Below are positions 14,560-27,938 of a stretch of 64,000 nt of DNA, in pieces (position 1 is the first letter of the stretch; each line of letters starts with the position of its first letter). The notes under the pieces are model-generated. The model was not told where the DNA came from. It saw only the letters and a list, made by a program, of their open reading frames with translations, and did no database searches. The DNA lies in the NCBI GenBank assembly GCA_964016885.1, contig OZ024745.1, positions 50,406,001 through 50,470,000 on the forward strand, in the 5' to 3' direction. A program made the translations under genes and the position numbers. The DNA comes from Eledone cirrhosa. Its lineage: Eukaryota.

Positions 14560-15120
14560 TTCGTCCAGTTTTTCGATCAACTCAACATCCAGCTCGTGAT
14601 GAATTATCATCTAAGTGGTTGAGTATTCCACAGTCAAGTGTCTCCTGAAAGTAATTCTCAGCCAGCATCATCAACGTGACATAGTCTGTGACAAATCTGG
14701 ACCTTTGAATTATAACAACAATCTATCATGTATTATAATGTAAGACATCATTATAACAACAATCTATCATGTATTATAAAGTAATTCCCAAGCCGAATTA
14801 GCCTAATACAGTATATAAGAAGGCTGGACCTTTCGATAAAAACTACAATCTATATTGTATTACACTGCAAATTACTGAGTATTCCACAGACACGTGTACT
14901 CTTGGCGTAATTCCAAAGGCGAATCAGCATGACACAATATGTGACAAGGCAGGACCTTTGAATTACAGGTACAATCCTTCCAACAAGTTTCCACTCAAAA
15001 TTCGTCTACCGAGTTTCACCAATGGGGCAACCCAAGGCTACAGTAAAGACATTTACCCAAGATGCTATGCAATGGGATTGAACCACAGGCCTCATAATTG
15101 CGACGCGAACTCCTTGACAA
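14560..15120 (+). repeat. Dispersed repeat with tandemly reiterated ~95-bp unit (also at ~8010-8290, 9790-9960, 17000-17345 -, 18605-18975)
   Basis: Recurring gagtattccacagacacgtgtac.ctt....taattctc....gattcagcgtgacaca...tgtgacaaggctgg.cctttgaatta. Confidence 0.65.
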
Positions 15121-15199
15121 TTCAGCAAGAAGACAGGTCTTTTTTCATTGATGAAGATCTAAGAAGATCTAAGAAGACTAGCAACATCACCAGTGATAA

Positions 15200-16105
15200 A
15201 CACAGCAGCAATAGTCAACAGCAACAAGTCAACAGCAACAAGTCAACAGCAACAAGTCAACAACAACAACAACAACAGTCAACAACAATAAAAACAACAG
15301 CAGCAACAGTCAACAATAACAGTAATAACAACAATCAACAACAACAATAATAACAGCAGCAACAATCAACAAGAGTAACAACAGCAGCAACAGTCAACAA
15401 CAACAACGACAGCAGCAACAATACTCAACAACAGTCAATGACCGTCAACAACAGCAGCAGCAACAGTCAACCACGGCAGCAACATCAGCAGAGACAAGCA
15501 GCAAATAAAGGGACGTATCAATAACAATACAAACACCAACAACAACAACAACATTAACACCAACAAAAACACTAACACCACAACCACCACCACCACCAAC
15601 AACAGTAACACTACCAACAATAACAACACTAATACCACCACAACCACCAACAACAACAACAGTAACACCACCACCACCACCACCACCTCAACCACACCAC
15701 CAACAACAACAACAACAGTAACACCACCAACAACAACAACAGTAACACCACCACCACCACCTCAACCATACCACCAACAATAACACTAACAGTAACACCA
15801 AACTCCACCAACGCCAATAACTCCACCACCAACAAAACCATGAACAACACGACTACGACTACGACGACGACGACCACCACCACCACCAACAACAACAACA
15901 GTAACACCACCAACAACAACAACAGTAACACCACCACCACCACCTCAACCACACCACCAACAATAACACTAACAGTAACACCAAACTCCACCAACTCCCA
16001 ATAACTCCACCACCAACAAAACCATGAACAACACGACGACGACGACGACGACCACCACCACCACCACCACCACCACTACCACCACCACCACCACCACCAT
16101 CAACT
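15200..16105. repeat. (CAA)/(CCA)-rich low-complexity tract with a ~180-bp tandem duplication
   Basis: caacaataacactaacagtaacaccaaactccacc...aacaaaaccatgaacaacacgac occurs twice (~15775 and ~15960). Confidence 0.9.
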
Positions 16106-17447
16106 ACGGAAGTAATTAATGTAAGATGCCATGCTGTAACATTTCACAGGGAAGTCTTTCAGTTGACAAGACAAGCTCCTTAACCTCCCTCTTCCTTCTC
16201 CCCCGTCTCTCAGCTGATGCTTGGCTTACTGTTGACCAACTAACTACATATATTCCGTTTTGCTTAACAAATATGAAAAAGAAAGATAAAAGCAAAACTA
16301 AGTAATGAGAAAATAGGCGGAAGAGGTAAAGAAGGGCAGAGCTGGCTGTATGGTAAAGTAGAGGAAAGGACTATAAATGCCATAAATGAGAGGAAAAGGA
16401 GGGAAAGAGCAAGGACTCTTATGCCGCAGAAGAAAAAGAGGGAGGGGGAGAGGGTGGTGGGTTCTGGGCCTAAAAGAGGAGACACCCTAACTTTCACTAC
16501 CCCCGCCCCCCCTCTCTCTCTCTGTAATGTTTACTAGTTTACTAGTGACTAGATCAGTCAATACATGCTCGTGCACAAGCGCGTGCGTGTGGATACGTGC
16601 TTGTGGTCATATATGTGTGTACATTTGTGTGTGTATGTGTGTGTTTGTGGTCATATGTGTGTGTGTGTGTGTGTATCTGTGCGTGTGTGTGTAGCGTAAA
16701 ATGATCAAGACCATCAAATCAATTGACTACGCATGTTAATCACAACACACGACTGTGCGCGTGTGTGTGTGTGTGTGTTAGTTTGTGTAATTGTATAAGA
16801 GTGTGTGTGTGTGAGTGTTAGTTTGTGTAATTGTATGAGAGAGTGTGTGTGTGTGTGTTCGTAAATGTGTGAGTGTATCTGTGTGTGTTCGTAAATGTGT
16901 GAGTGTATCTGTGTGTGTTCGTAAATGTGTGAGTGTATCTGTGTATGGATATGTGTATGTATGTGCTTGTGTTAGCGATTGTGAATGTATGTATGTTGTT
17001 CTAGTCCACTCAACTGGCTAAAATGAGTTCTACCTGTAAATTGAAAGGGCCAAGCCTTTTTCACACACTATATCATGCTGAATCTCCCTGAGAATTACAT
17101 TAAAGGTACACGTGTCTGTGGAATACTCAGCCACTTACACAACGATACAAGATGCGCTGTACTTGAAATTTAAATGGCCAGCTTTGTCACACACCATGTA
17201 ACGATGGATCTTCCTGAGAATTTCGTTAAATGTAGACGTGTCTATGGGAATGCTCAGCCACTTGCGTGCTAATTTCATAAGCAGGCTTTTCTGTTGGTCA
17301 AACAACTTGTACATTCGTGGTCGGAATCGACTGACGTCCAACAGCAGATTCTACTTCTGATTCGAGATAATTTCCACAGGTCTCCATATCCAGTAACAAG
17401 TTCGTAAATAAATTGGCTAGAGAGAAAGGCTACTATCTTTTTTTCTT

Positions 17448-17534
<87 letters not shown>

Positions 17535-19498
17535 AAAAAACTGCCTATTTTAAAATGTTCACAGTTATATTTAATCCTTCCATCATAAGTTGTTTTCAGA
17601 AATTTTTCTCAAGCAATGTTCCAAACATCAAATTACTAATGAAAAGGTTAGTTAGTTACTTTATTAAATTCCCCCAAATGATTTTTTAAAAATTTATTTT
17701 CAGATTTTTTAAAACAAATAGGTATTGGCTTTTGTTAGAAGAGGTGTAACGAAAGGGGCAAATCTTCAGATCTTTCAAATGTTTTAAGCTTTTCGTTACC
17801 ATATTTCTAATGAACAGGCTCTTGTATATAGTCATCAAATGTCTGTAACTTATGAATTATGGAACTACGTTCTTTCTCAAAGAATCCAAGATCAGAGATA
17901 CTTTGATCCAGGTCGGTTAGTAAATATGCTATTGCTTCAATGATATTTGAACGGAGTCGACCTAAGTCGGTTTCGACGGTAAGTCTTTCAGTTGGATCAA
18001 CGAAAAGGCTTTTTAGTGAAATTAACGTGTAAGAGGCTAAGTATTCCATAGATAGGGTACTCTTAATGAAATTATAAGGGGGATTCGGTTTAAAACACTG
18101 TGTGACAAGCAGGACTGACGTTATCATTGGGCCAACTAGACAGCCATCAATAGCGCAGGCCTCAGAGAAGCACATTACTGATCCCTGATGAATTCCTACA
18201 ATCAATACATGTATTGTTGTACATCTTTGGTCCATAGCAGCGCAATAGAGATATCCAAAACAGTGAAAAGGGTCGCATAGTGTTAGGCCTGTAATAATTT
18301 GGTATAGGTGAATGTGGACTGTATAGGGAAAATGCAGGTTTAATAATTTTCTTGGTCAGAACAAGAAGTATCAAAAACTATGTTTGTCAGCTTACCAAGC
18401 AGTCTGTAAGTTGAAATTATTTTATTTGGGAGAATGCATCACACTAAATACTCAGGCACAAATTGTAGAGCTAGCCTAGGGCACTAAATACATAAAGGCA
18501 CACTTTGTAGAGCTAGTTTAGGGTGTTAAATACCCAGGCGACAGTTCTGGTGACAGAGCTGGACGTTTTAATTACAGCTACAGTCCATCTAATATCATAG
18601 TGTAAGTGGGTAAGTATTTCACAGACACGTGTACCTTTAATGTAATTCTCAGGAGATTCAACGTGACACAGTGTGTACCAAGGATGGTCCTTTGAATTAC
18701 AAGCACAATCCATTGTGTATCATAGTATAAGTGATTGAGTATTCCACAAACACGTTTACTCTTAACATAATTCTCAGGGAGATTCAGCGTGACACAGTAT
18801 GTGGAATAGCTGACCCTTTGAATTATAGGTAAGTCCGTTTGATTGGCTTCCGTTTACCTAATTTCACTGACAAGATATTTGGATCTAGATCGACCCGAGG
18901 GTATGGTAAATGGTTGCCTAAGATGTCACACAATGGGATTGAACCCACGATTGCGAAGTGAAAAACTTAACCATTCAACCAAAATGCGCCAACAAGCAGC
19001 TGAATATCCCACAGACATACATACCAGTCATTGATCCTTTCACACATACTCGATATCGATTAGATTCTATAAAGACGTCTAAGTGTATAGTAGTTGTATC
19101 AGTTCGATATCGCCTCCTTCATTTCCATAGAGATGTCCTTGTTGAGTATTGAACCCTAATTGCTGCAACTAATACTATTGGCAACGTATTCGGCATGAAT
19201 ATCGCTTTGTTGTAGACTCTGCTTCATAGTTTATCATAACTTCCCCGCCTTTACCTACCACCCCCAACCCCAGCACCACCATTACTACCACACACCAGCA
19301 ACAACACCAACAGCAACTCCACCTACAACAACAACAACACCAACAACACCAGTTCTGTTACAGTGTTGACAATGATCAAATTAACCACCCCACCCGCCCG
19401 CCCGTATATATTAACAATAGAGATCGATACCAATTTATTTAGAGTTAATCTGCCACAGGTTTCTTTCACACGTATCTAAGCGATATGTGTGTTTGTGT

Positions 19499-19529
<31 letters not shown>

Positions 19530-19623
19530 GACAGATATACACACACACACACATTTATATTTATATATATTATTAGTGGAAACAATCACACACACTTGGG
19601 GAAATTCACACATAGATATAAGA

Positions 19624-20189
<566 letters not shown>

Positions 20190-20580
20190 ATTTCTTTATT
20201 TTGCCACAAGGCCACAAATAAGATTAGGACAATAAAACTCCATGCAGGGATGGGGTTACATTCGGTCGCAAAAATAAAATAGCAACAGCAAATAATGACA
20301 ACAAAATAAAAGTAATAATAAAAATGTCCTTAGTAGTGGATAGGGGTACAGTTATTTAGGGCAAATGAAGGAAACCCCTCGAAACTTAGTTAACTCTAAC
20401 CACTAAAAGCAAGTACCCTCTCTCAGTTATCGTCTTCCAGCCTACCGGCGCATGTTCAGGGTAGGCCCAGTAACCCGGGCCATGTTTTCCACTTTCACCA
20501 CTTGGAGGTAGGGCAACACTTTCCTCTTCAATTGAAACTTGAAGATATTGATGATAGCTTGGCTGGATAATACAATGAAC
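20190..20580 (-). mobile_element. Diverged 3' fragment of a related Tx1-like family abutting (TAG)n
   Basis: Starts tttctttattttgccaca like the Tx1 3' end. The segment cgggccatgttttccactttcaccac parallels cgggccattctcgccactttcacccac at the ORF2 C-terminus. Confidence 0.6.
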
Positions 20581-20975
20581 CAGCAGATAGAAGAGTATAT
20601 AAATAAATATAATATATCAACTAGATATCAAGCAACACATGGAAACAGAAAGAGTGAGAGAGAGACAGAGAAATTAATTATCTTATATGTGCCTTTATAA
20701 ACAGATAGACATACAGGAAGATAGATAGATAGATATATTTCTTTATTAGCCACAGGGGCACAAAAGAAGGGGACAAATACAAAGGGGGAAGTTTACATAC
20801 AATAAAAACGTGTAAAATGTTATCACAGATGGAATTTAAAAGTTAGTCGATTTTCCCCAATAGAGGGAGACAGTTTATATGGGTAACACATACCCCCGAA
20901 AAAAAATGTGCAACCCTCATCTCCAGGAGTACGAAGAGCTTGTACTCCTTTCCTCTCCTCCTTCTTTTCCTCAAC

Positions 20976-23900
20976 CTACAGGCTGATATAGAGAGAAGGC
21001 CCATTCACTCGGGCCATTCTCGCCACTTTCACCCACCTTTCATAAAACTTGCTGGGGTACAGCACCTCTCTCTCCATCCTGATTCTTCTTCCAAAGTGGT
21101 ATTTGAAAAAAAGAATCAGTTGTTGGCCGGAGAGAAAGGTGTCTGACCTCAGCCCTTTCAACCTTGTCCACCATACAACCTCTTTCGCCATAGCTATCAC
21201 ACAAAGGAAAACCGCCTCTCCTTCGTTTTTGAAGGAGGGTGGCGGTTTGATCATGACAATGGACTCGGTGGTCAACTGGGTTGGTCCCACCCGCGACAAT
21301 AGTCGTTCTACATAGCCCCACAGGTCAGTGACGCCCGGGCAGTGTATGAATGCGTGCGCGACGGTTTCTTCGTCTCGCACGCACCTCGGACAGATCTTTT
21401 TTGCAGGGTCCCTGCCCGGGCGCCCATGTCTGTAGAGCTTGTCTCGAACTGGTAGAGCTCCTCGGTAGCACTGCCAGGCCAGGGACTTTTGGAAGTTGTC
21501 CATGGGTCCCGGGCGGAAGGTCCTACCGAACAGACTGGCCAGTTCATCTTCCTCCACGCCTAGAGTTTCACCGAGCGCGTCGTCGCACTTGCTGCGGACC
21601 AACCCTCTATAGAATGACGAAGTGGAGTCTCCACTGATCTCCGGGTCCGCCTGCCAGAGGGCTGTGAGCGCCTGAGCACATTCGATGTGCCAGTCGCCCA
21701 TTTTCCTCGGTCTCTGCTTGACCCAGGACTGTAGCTCGGTCAGTGAGACGAGTCGTGGGAAGGCTCGCCTCACGAACGGGGCCCACACCGGTTGTCCGGT
21801 GAGGAATACGTAGAGATGCCGCAGCCTGAGCGCGTGTTTGCGCATCGTCAACCACGGCATCCCCAGCCCTCCGTTAGAAGGGTGTTGGCAGCAGATGGAT
21901 CTTCTTACCAAAGGAGCCCGCCTCTTCCAAAGGAATCGGAAGAGGGCGCGCTCCATTTTGGCGAGCGTTTTGGCTGGACAAGGCACGACGGTCAAGCGGT
22001 AGTAGATGGCGGACGCTATAAAAGTGTTCGCCACCTCCGCTCGACCTTTCAAGGATAGTTTGCACTCGGCCCACTTCTGGGTGAGTGCAAACACCTTGGC
22101 CGTCACTTCGTTCCAGTTCTTCTCCACCTGGAGGTCCGGACCAAACCAGACCCCGAGCAGCTTTACCGGTCCTTCCGTCCAGCGTCCGACGACGCCATCG
22201 GAAGGCATCGGTCTGCCTCTCCACGATCCGAGTTGCAAACCGATGGACTTGTCCCGGTTCAGCTTCGCTCCTGTGAGACTTTCGTATTCCTTCAGTAAGG
22301 TGCCGACTTCCTCGATTTGCGAGGCGCTCGACACCATTACTGTCACGTCGTCGGCGTAGGCCGACGCCGCTTTCCGCAGTCCCGGTTCCAGAGGGATGCC
22401 CTGCAATAGCTCCAGCTTCCGCAGTAATGGCTCGAGAGTCAGTACGTACAGAAGGGAGGAGAGAGGGCATCCCTGTCGAATGGATCGCGTAATATCGAAC
22501 GGCTCCGAGAGGTAACCGTTCACCTTGACCCTTGAGCAGATGTTGCTGTTGTGCATTGCAGCAATCCAGCCCCTGAACACGGGTCCGAAGCCTGCCGCCT
22601 CGAGCACCGCATCCAGGTAACGATGGTCAACCCTATCGAAAGCCTTAGACTGATCCAAGTTGATCAGGGCCCCACCAAAGCCGGGTTTACACCCTACCCT
22701 CTCTATGATGTATCGCATGAGGTGGAGGTTGTCGTGTATGGACCTGGTCGGGATTGCACATGTCTGCGCTTCTCCCACCAGGTTCTCGACGACAAGCGCC
22801 AGCCTCTTTGCCAACACCTTGGCCAAAATCTGTAACTCTGTGTTTAGCAGAGTTATGGGCCGGAAGTTGCCTATGTCATCCCCCTTATTCTCGTCCTTCC
22901 TGATTAGTGTGACCACGCCCCCGGTTACAGAACTGGGAATTCTCCCGTTCTGTTGCCAGTTGCAGTAGACCGCTTCCAGGAGACCGGAGAATAAGTCCGG
23001 CATTGCTACGTAAAATTCGTAGGGTAGACCGTCGAGACCTGGAGATTTGCGTTTGCCGCGTTGGCTCAGCGCGTCCCCTATCTCAGTGGCTGAAATCGGC
23101 TTTTCGCAGAACTTCGCCTCGCTGTCCGAGAGTCGCGGTAGGCCGTCGAGGTATGGACCGAAATCCATAGCCTCTCCCGGCGCGCCGCTCCCCCCGAACA
23201 GCCGAGCAAAGTGCCGCTGAAAAGCCGCACACATCTGCTTCGGCTCACGTATCACGCGTCCGTTTTGGTCCTTCAAAGACCGAATCGTGGACTTGTTGCC
23301 ACTTTTTGCCTCCGTCACTCGGGCCCAGCTAAGAGCTTTGGCTCCCTCGTTTCCCAGAGCACGTATTTTGCTTCTGACAACGCAGCCCTCGTGCTTTGCG
23401 TCGAAGAACTGGTCCAAGGCCGTTCTCGTCGCTAGCACGCTGGCTACGTTGCCACTTCTAATAGCCTCTTCTACTTTATCTACCAGTTCCTTCTCGGTTC
23501 TATTTCTATCTAACGCTAATTCTTTACTAAAAACTATCGAGTCTAATCTAACTGCCCTCTTGAGAGAGTACCACCATCTGTTGTTGACAATGGCCCCTGT
23601 CAAGTGCTGTTTAACTAAAGTGCTAATCCGTCTACTGTAGGCTTTGCTTGTCGGTAACGACAAGTTCAGCTTCCAGTAGCCGGGTCCTTGTCTATGGGTT
23701 CTATCAAGGTTGGCCATGCAGGTCACTAGTTTGTGATCTGAATAGGCAACCATGAACATTTGTGGACAGCTTAACATGTCCCTATCCTTATTTCTAACTA
23801 GAACCCTATCTAGGTACGATCTAGATGTTCCGCTACGATTACTCCACGTCCACAGTGGCGCAGTCGGAAAATCTAGTCGATATCTATCGGCCAGGTCAAA

Positions 23901-24413
23901 TCGGTCGATTAACTGTTTGAGGCTGTTACACCCCCCTTTATCGGGACATGCTCCCACATAGTCCCAACGTGCATCTAGGATTCCATTCCAGTCCCCCACT
24001 AGAAGCAAGGAGCGGGACGTTCCCAGAAAAGTCTCTAGACGTTTGAAGAAGTCTGGCCGCGGTGTCCCGGATGGGGCATATGCGGCCACCAGCCTGAACG
24101 CTCCACCTTCACTACCGTCAACGTCTAGGACCACCAGTCGACCCTCCGGGTCCAGATGTACCGTCTGTGTTACGAGGCCCAGGTGTTTCCGCAGCAAAAC
24201 GGCAACTCCGCCCCCACCCCCCGGTTGACAGAGAGATGCGTAGATCTCAAAGTCATCGAAGATGGGGGCCAGCTGTCGCTCGCCGTGGATCCTCGACTCG
24301 CAAATGGCTACCACATCCAAACTGTGCGACCTGAGGTCGTTTAAGAGTTTGCCCTGTTTCCAGGGCATCCCCAGGCCGCGTACGTTCACACATCCAACTC
24401 TTATATTGGCCAT
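20976..24413 (-). CDS. LINE ORF2: APE endonuclease, reverse transcriptase and C-terminal zinc finger (1145 aa)
   Basis: EN motifs NVRGL, GDWN, SYLDRV, SDH and WKLN. RT motifs KSPGLDGLP.EFY, FRPITLLN, LDQSKAFDRVDH, IRQGCPLS and AYADDV. C-terminal CPRC...ETVAHAFIHC. Confidence 0.97.
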   Translation of the reverse strand: MANIRVGCVNVRGLGMPWKQGKLLNDLRSHSLDVVAICESRIHGERQLAPIFDDFEIYASLCQPGGGGGVAVLLRKHLGLVTQTVHLDPEGRLVVLDVDGSEGGAFRLVAAYAPSGTPRPDFFKRLETFLGTSRSLLLVGDWNGILDARWDYVGACPDKGGCNSLKQLIDRFDLADRYRLDFPTAPLWTWSNRSGTSRSYLDRVLVRNKDRDMLSCPQMFMVAYSDHKLVTCMANLDRTHRQGPGYWKLNLSLPTSKAYSRRISTLVKQHLTGAIVNNRWWYSLKRAVRLDSIVFSKELALDRNRTEKELVDKVEEAIRSGNVASVLATRTALDQFFDAKHEGCVVRSKIRALGNEGAKALSWARVTEAKSGNKSTIRSLKDQNGRVIREPKQMCAAFQRHFARLFGGSGAPGEAMDFGPYLDGLPRLSDSEAKFCEKPISATEIGDALSQRGKRKSPGLDGLPYEFYVAMPDLFSGLLEAVYCNWQQNGRIPSSVTGGVVTLIRKDENKGDDIGNFRPITLLNTELQILAKVLAKRLALVVENLVGEAQTCAIPTRSIHDNLHLMRYIIERVGCKPGFGGALINLDQSKAFDRVDHRYLDAVLEAAGFGPVFRGWIAAMHNSNICSRVKVNGYLSEPFDITRSIRQGCPLSSLLYVLTLEPLLRKLELLQGIPLEPGLRKAASAYADDVTVMVSSASQIEEVGTLLKEYESLTGAKLNRDKSIGLQLGSWRGRPMPSDGVVGRWTEGPVKLLGVWFGPDLQVEKNWNEVTAKVFALTQKWAECKLSLKGRAEVANTFIASAIYYRLTVVPCPAKTLAKMERALFRFLWKRRAPLVRRSICCQHPSNGGLGMPWLTMRKHALRLRHLYVFLTGQPVWAPFVRRAFPRLVSLTELQSWVKQRPRKMGDWHIECAQALTALWQADPEISGDSTSSFYRGLVRSKCDDALGETLGVEEDELASLFGRTFRPGPMDNFQKSLAWQCYRGALPVRDKLYRHGRPGRDPAKKICPRCVRDEETVAHAFIHCPGVTDLWGYVERLLSRVGPTQLTTESIVMIKPPPSFKNEGEAVFLCVIAMAKEVVWWTRLKGLRSDTFLSGQQLILFFKYHFGRRIRMEREVLYPSKFYERWVKVARMARVNGPSLYISL

Positions 24414-24446
24414 GTTGGTGCTGAAAAGTTAAAAGAGGAAAAGAGA

Positions 24447-24970
24447 TCACTCACCCTTCGCCTCCTGGGGACCAGGCCGCACGATTTCCATGGGGGTGTT
24501 GGAGGGGTTGTCTGGATGGGTGGTGGTTTCCGGCGGGGTGGGGACGCAGATGTTTGGTGGGGTGGGGTCTGGTGGGATGGGGGTGTCTGGGGTGGGGAGG
24601 CATTTGAGAAGGACGCGGTTGAGTGGTTTCACGCAGGAATTCCCCACATCCTTCTCAAATGTTTCTTTTAGGGACCTATAAGTTTGTATAGGGACCCTAA
24701 TCAGTTTTAGGTTCATTTTTTTGCTATTTTTTATAGAGTGGGCGAAAGTTTTCCCTTCGGTGAAAACCGAAAGGTCGTTCGTAATGGTCTCCATTAGTGT
24801 TTTGTTTTCAGTGTTTATGTAAGTGTAAGTGTAATTTTCTTGTGTTGTGTTTGTTTTTGTCTGTAGTTCTTGTGTGTGCTTTCGTTTTGTTGTAGGTATT
24901 TTGTTTTCAGGAGGTGGGGGTTTTGTTTGTGATATGTTTGTTGTTTGTGTTGGTGGTTGTATGTTTGTGG
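24447..24970 (-). pseudogene. 3' remnant of ORF1 of the Tx1-like element
   Basis: Open frame ending with a Pro-rich tail 33 bp before the ORF2 ATG. Its 5' end is cut off by the (GATA)n tract. Confidence 0.5.
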
Positions 24971-25028
<58 letters not shown>

Positions 25029-25701
25029 TGTTTCTTTATTAGCCACAGGGGCACAAAAGAAGGGGACAAATACAAAGGAGGAAGTTTACATACAATAAAA
25101 ACGTGTAAAATGTTATCACATGCAATTTTAAAAATTAGTCGATTTTCCCCAATAGAGGGAGACAGTTTATATGGGTAACACATACCCCCGAAAAAATGTG
25201 AAACCCTCATCTCCAGGAGTACGAAGAGTTTGTACTCCTTTCCTCTCCTCCTCCTTTTCCTCAACCTACAGGCTGATATAGAGAGAAGGCCCATTCACTC
25301 GGGCCATTCTCGCCACTTTCACCCACCTTTCATAAAACTTGCTGGGATACAGCACCTCTCTCTCCATCCTGATTCTTCTTCCAAAGTGGTATTTGAAAAA
25401 AAGAATCAGTTGTTGGCCGGAGAGAAAGGTATCTGACCTCAGCCCTTTCAACCTTGTCCACCATACAACCTCTTTCGCCATAGCTATCACACAAAGGAAA
25501 ACCGCCTCTCCTTCGTTTTTGAAGGAGGGTGGCGATTTGATCATGACAATGGACTCGGTGGTCAACCTGATTGGTCCCACCCGCGACAATAGTCGTTCTA
25601 CATAGCCCCACAGCTCAGTGACGCCCGGGCAGTGTATGAATGCGTGTGCGACGGTTTCTTCGTTACGCACGCACCTCGGACAGATTTTTTTTTGCAGGGT
25701 C
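25029..25701 (-). mobile_element. Second, 5'-truncated copy of the Tx1-like element
   Basis: Near-identical to 20736-21410 (zinc finger C-terminus and 3' UTR). Bounded by (GATA)n at 24971-25028 and 25702-25718. Confidence 0.93.
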
Positions 25702-25718
25702 AGATAGATAGATAGATA

Positions 25719-25813
25719 TATTTCTTTATTAGCCACAGGAGCACAAAAGAAGGGGACAAATACAAAGGGGGAAGTTTACATACAATAAAAACGTGTAAAA
25801 TGTTATCACAGAT
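25719..25813 (-). mobile_element. Third, ~95-bp 3'-end copy of the Tx1-like element
   Basis: tttctttattagccacag..cacaaaagaaggggacaaatac...tgttatcacagat, again between (GATA)n tracts. Confidence 0.9.
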
Positions 25814-26352
25814 ATAGATAGATAGATAGATAGATAGATAAATATTAATACAGAGATACAACGAAAAACGAACAGATATATTCAGATCTTGTTTTCATTT
25901 AAGTAAATACTTTCTTGCCTGATAGAAAAGCCATTCTCCAAACTACACACCACCTCAACGGACTAACTCACTTTGACTGGTACCTCTCATGCTTCCTTAA
26001 CTTGATATACAAGTTTCTAAAATATCCCCATTATGCACACACTTAAACATTTCCTCACCACAGAGGGGTGGTCATCGTCGTAATAGCCTATATCAAGTCT
26101 AAACCTTTCTTAAGCCCAGAGGTTCGTCAGACCGATGCTTACCTCGGTTTACAATCTCCGCCCCTAGATAGGACGCCAGTCCATCGCAGAGTTAAATCCT
26201 TAATTACTGTTGTTACTCATTTTCATTTGAGTAGAGTGAGGCAACGTTAAATGAACTGTTTTGCTCAAGAACACAACACGCATCCATGACCAGGAATCGA
26301 ACCCACGACATTATGATCATAAGTCCAACCCCCTTACCACTCGGACACTTGT

Positions 26353-26468
<116 letters not shown>

Positions 26469-26690
26469 AGAGGGGAGTGAGAGTGAGAAAGAGATTAAAT
26501 AATGGTTTCTTATATAGGCACAAGGCCAGCAATTTTGGGGGAGGGGAAAGTCGATTAAATCGACTCCAGTGCGTGACTGGTACTTTATTTTATCGATGGT
26601 CCAAGTTATCCCTGACTTTCCAGGGATAACTTGAACCATTAATGTATATTTTATCCTTGGTTATGTCAAATATTTATAAAACATTTTGTA

Positions 26691-26747
26691 TTTTATCTGA
26701 TGATAGCGTACTCAAATGTTGGTACCCTTGAAATATATATAATAGAA
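26691..26747 (+). ncRNA. Minimal hammerhead ribozyme motif
   Basis: ttttat-CTGATGA-tagcgtac...gtaccctt-GAAA-tatata-TA-atagaa. Confidence 0.6.
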
Positions 26748-27178
26748 TAAATATGGTTTTATAAATATAGTTTCCATTTATTTAATATCATTGTAATATA
26801 TATATATATATATGAATGTGTATATAGTGTATTTTGCAATACACTGTATGCTTAATTAAAAGCATTTCGAAGACCTTATGCTATTGTTTTAGAGTAGTGA
26901 CAGTCTCACTTACTTTAATTTTCAGCAAACAGGGGAGATAAAGCTGACAGAGCTCTGTTTCGCATTTTTCGAGGCTTATCAAAGCTAACTACTCCTCCTG
27001 TTTGCTGAAAATCATGAATGTTTGATTCTTCTGAAAATTAAAGTAAGTGAGACTGTCACTACTCTAAAACAATAGCATAAGGTCTTCGAAATGCTTTTAA
27101 TTAACCATACAGTGTATTGCAAAATACACTATATATACATTCATATATATATCGCTATTTCAGAGCACCAATTCTAAT

Positions 27179-27254
<76 letters not shown>

Positions 27255-27454
27255 GAGTGAGGTTTTTTTTACAAAATGAAAAAAAACGAGATGTCCTACA
27301 CGAGTGAAAGTATAAGGAAAAAAAAGATGAAATCGAAAATGCAACTGGAGTCTTTTTTTTTTTAATATATTTATTTGGTTCCTTTACCGGTTTCGCAGTT
27401 CTTGTGCTTTTCAAAAGTAGAATTGTGATGGAGGGTTTGTGGTTTTTCTCTCTA

Positions 27455-27576
<122 letters not shown>

Positions 27577-27702
27577 CAAAATGTTCAGTAAGTCCGAAGA
27601 AAACTGGTGAGAGTACCAATGTCAGCACTCGATTCAGAGCAGAGTGTATATAATAAGAACAACAAAGTGGAAGTGTTACATATGTAACACTTCCTCTTTG
27701 TT

Positions 27703-27938
<236 letters not shown>

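Larger units (their letters stand above)
20736..24970 (-). mobile_element. Tx1/L1-clade non-LTR retrotransposon, 5'-truncated within ORF1, ORF2 intact
   Basis: Structure is ORF1 remnant, 33-bp spacer, ORF2, then a ~240-bp 3' UTR ending AATAAAGAAATA. (GATA)n lies on both sides and GC content is much higher than the flanks. Confidence 0.92.

Noticed and set aside
21040-24450. Multiple overlapping ORFs on both strands inside the LINE
   Set aside because: They are shadow frames of a GC-rich ORF2 with no recognisable motifs.
24447-25046. 199-aa ORF starting MANKETYLSIYLS as a complete ORF1
   Set aside because: Its start lies in the 3' UTR of the neighbouring copy and runs through the (GATA)n tract, so it is a chimeric frame. 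Only the distal part is a plausible ORF1 remnant.
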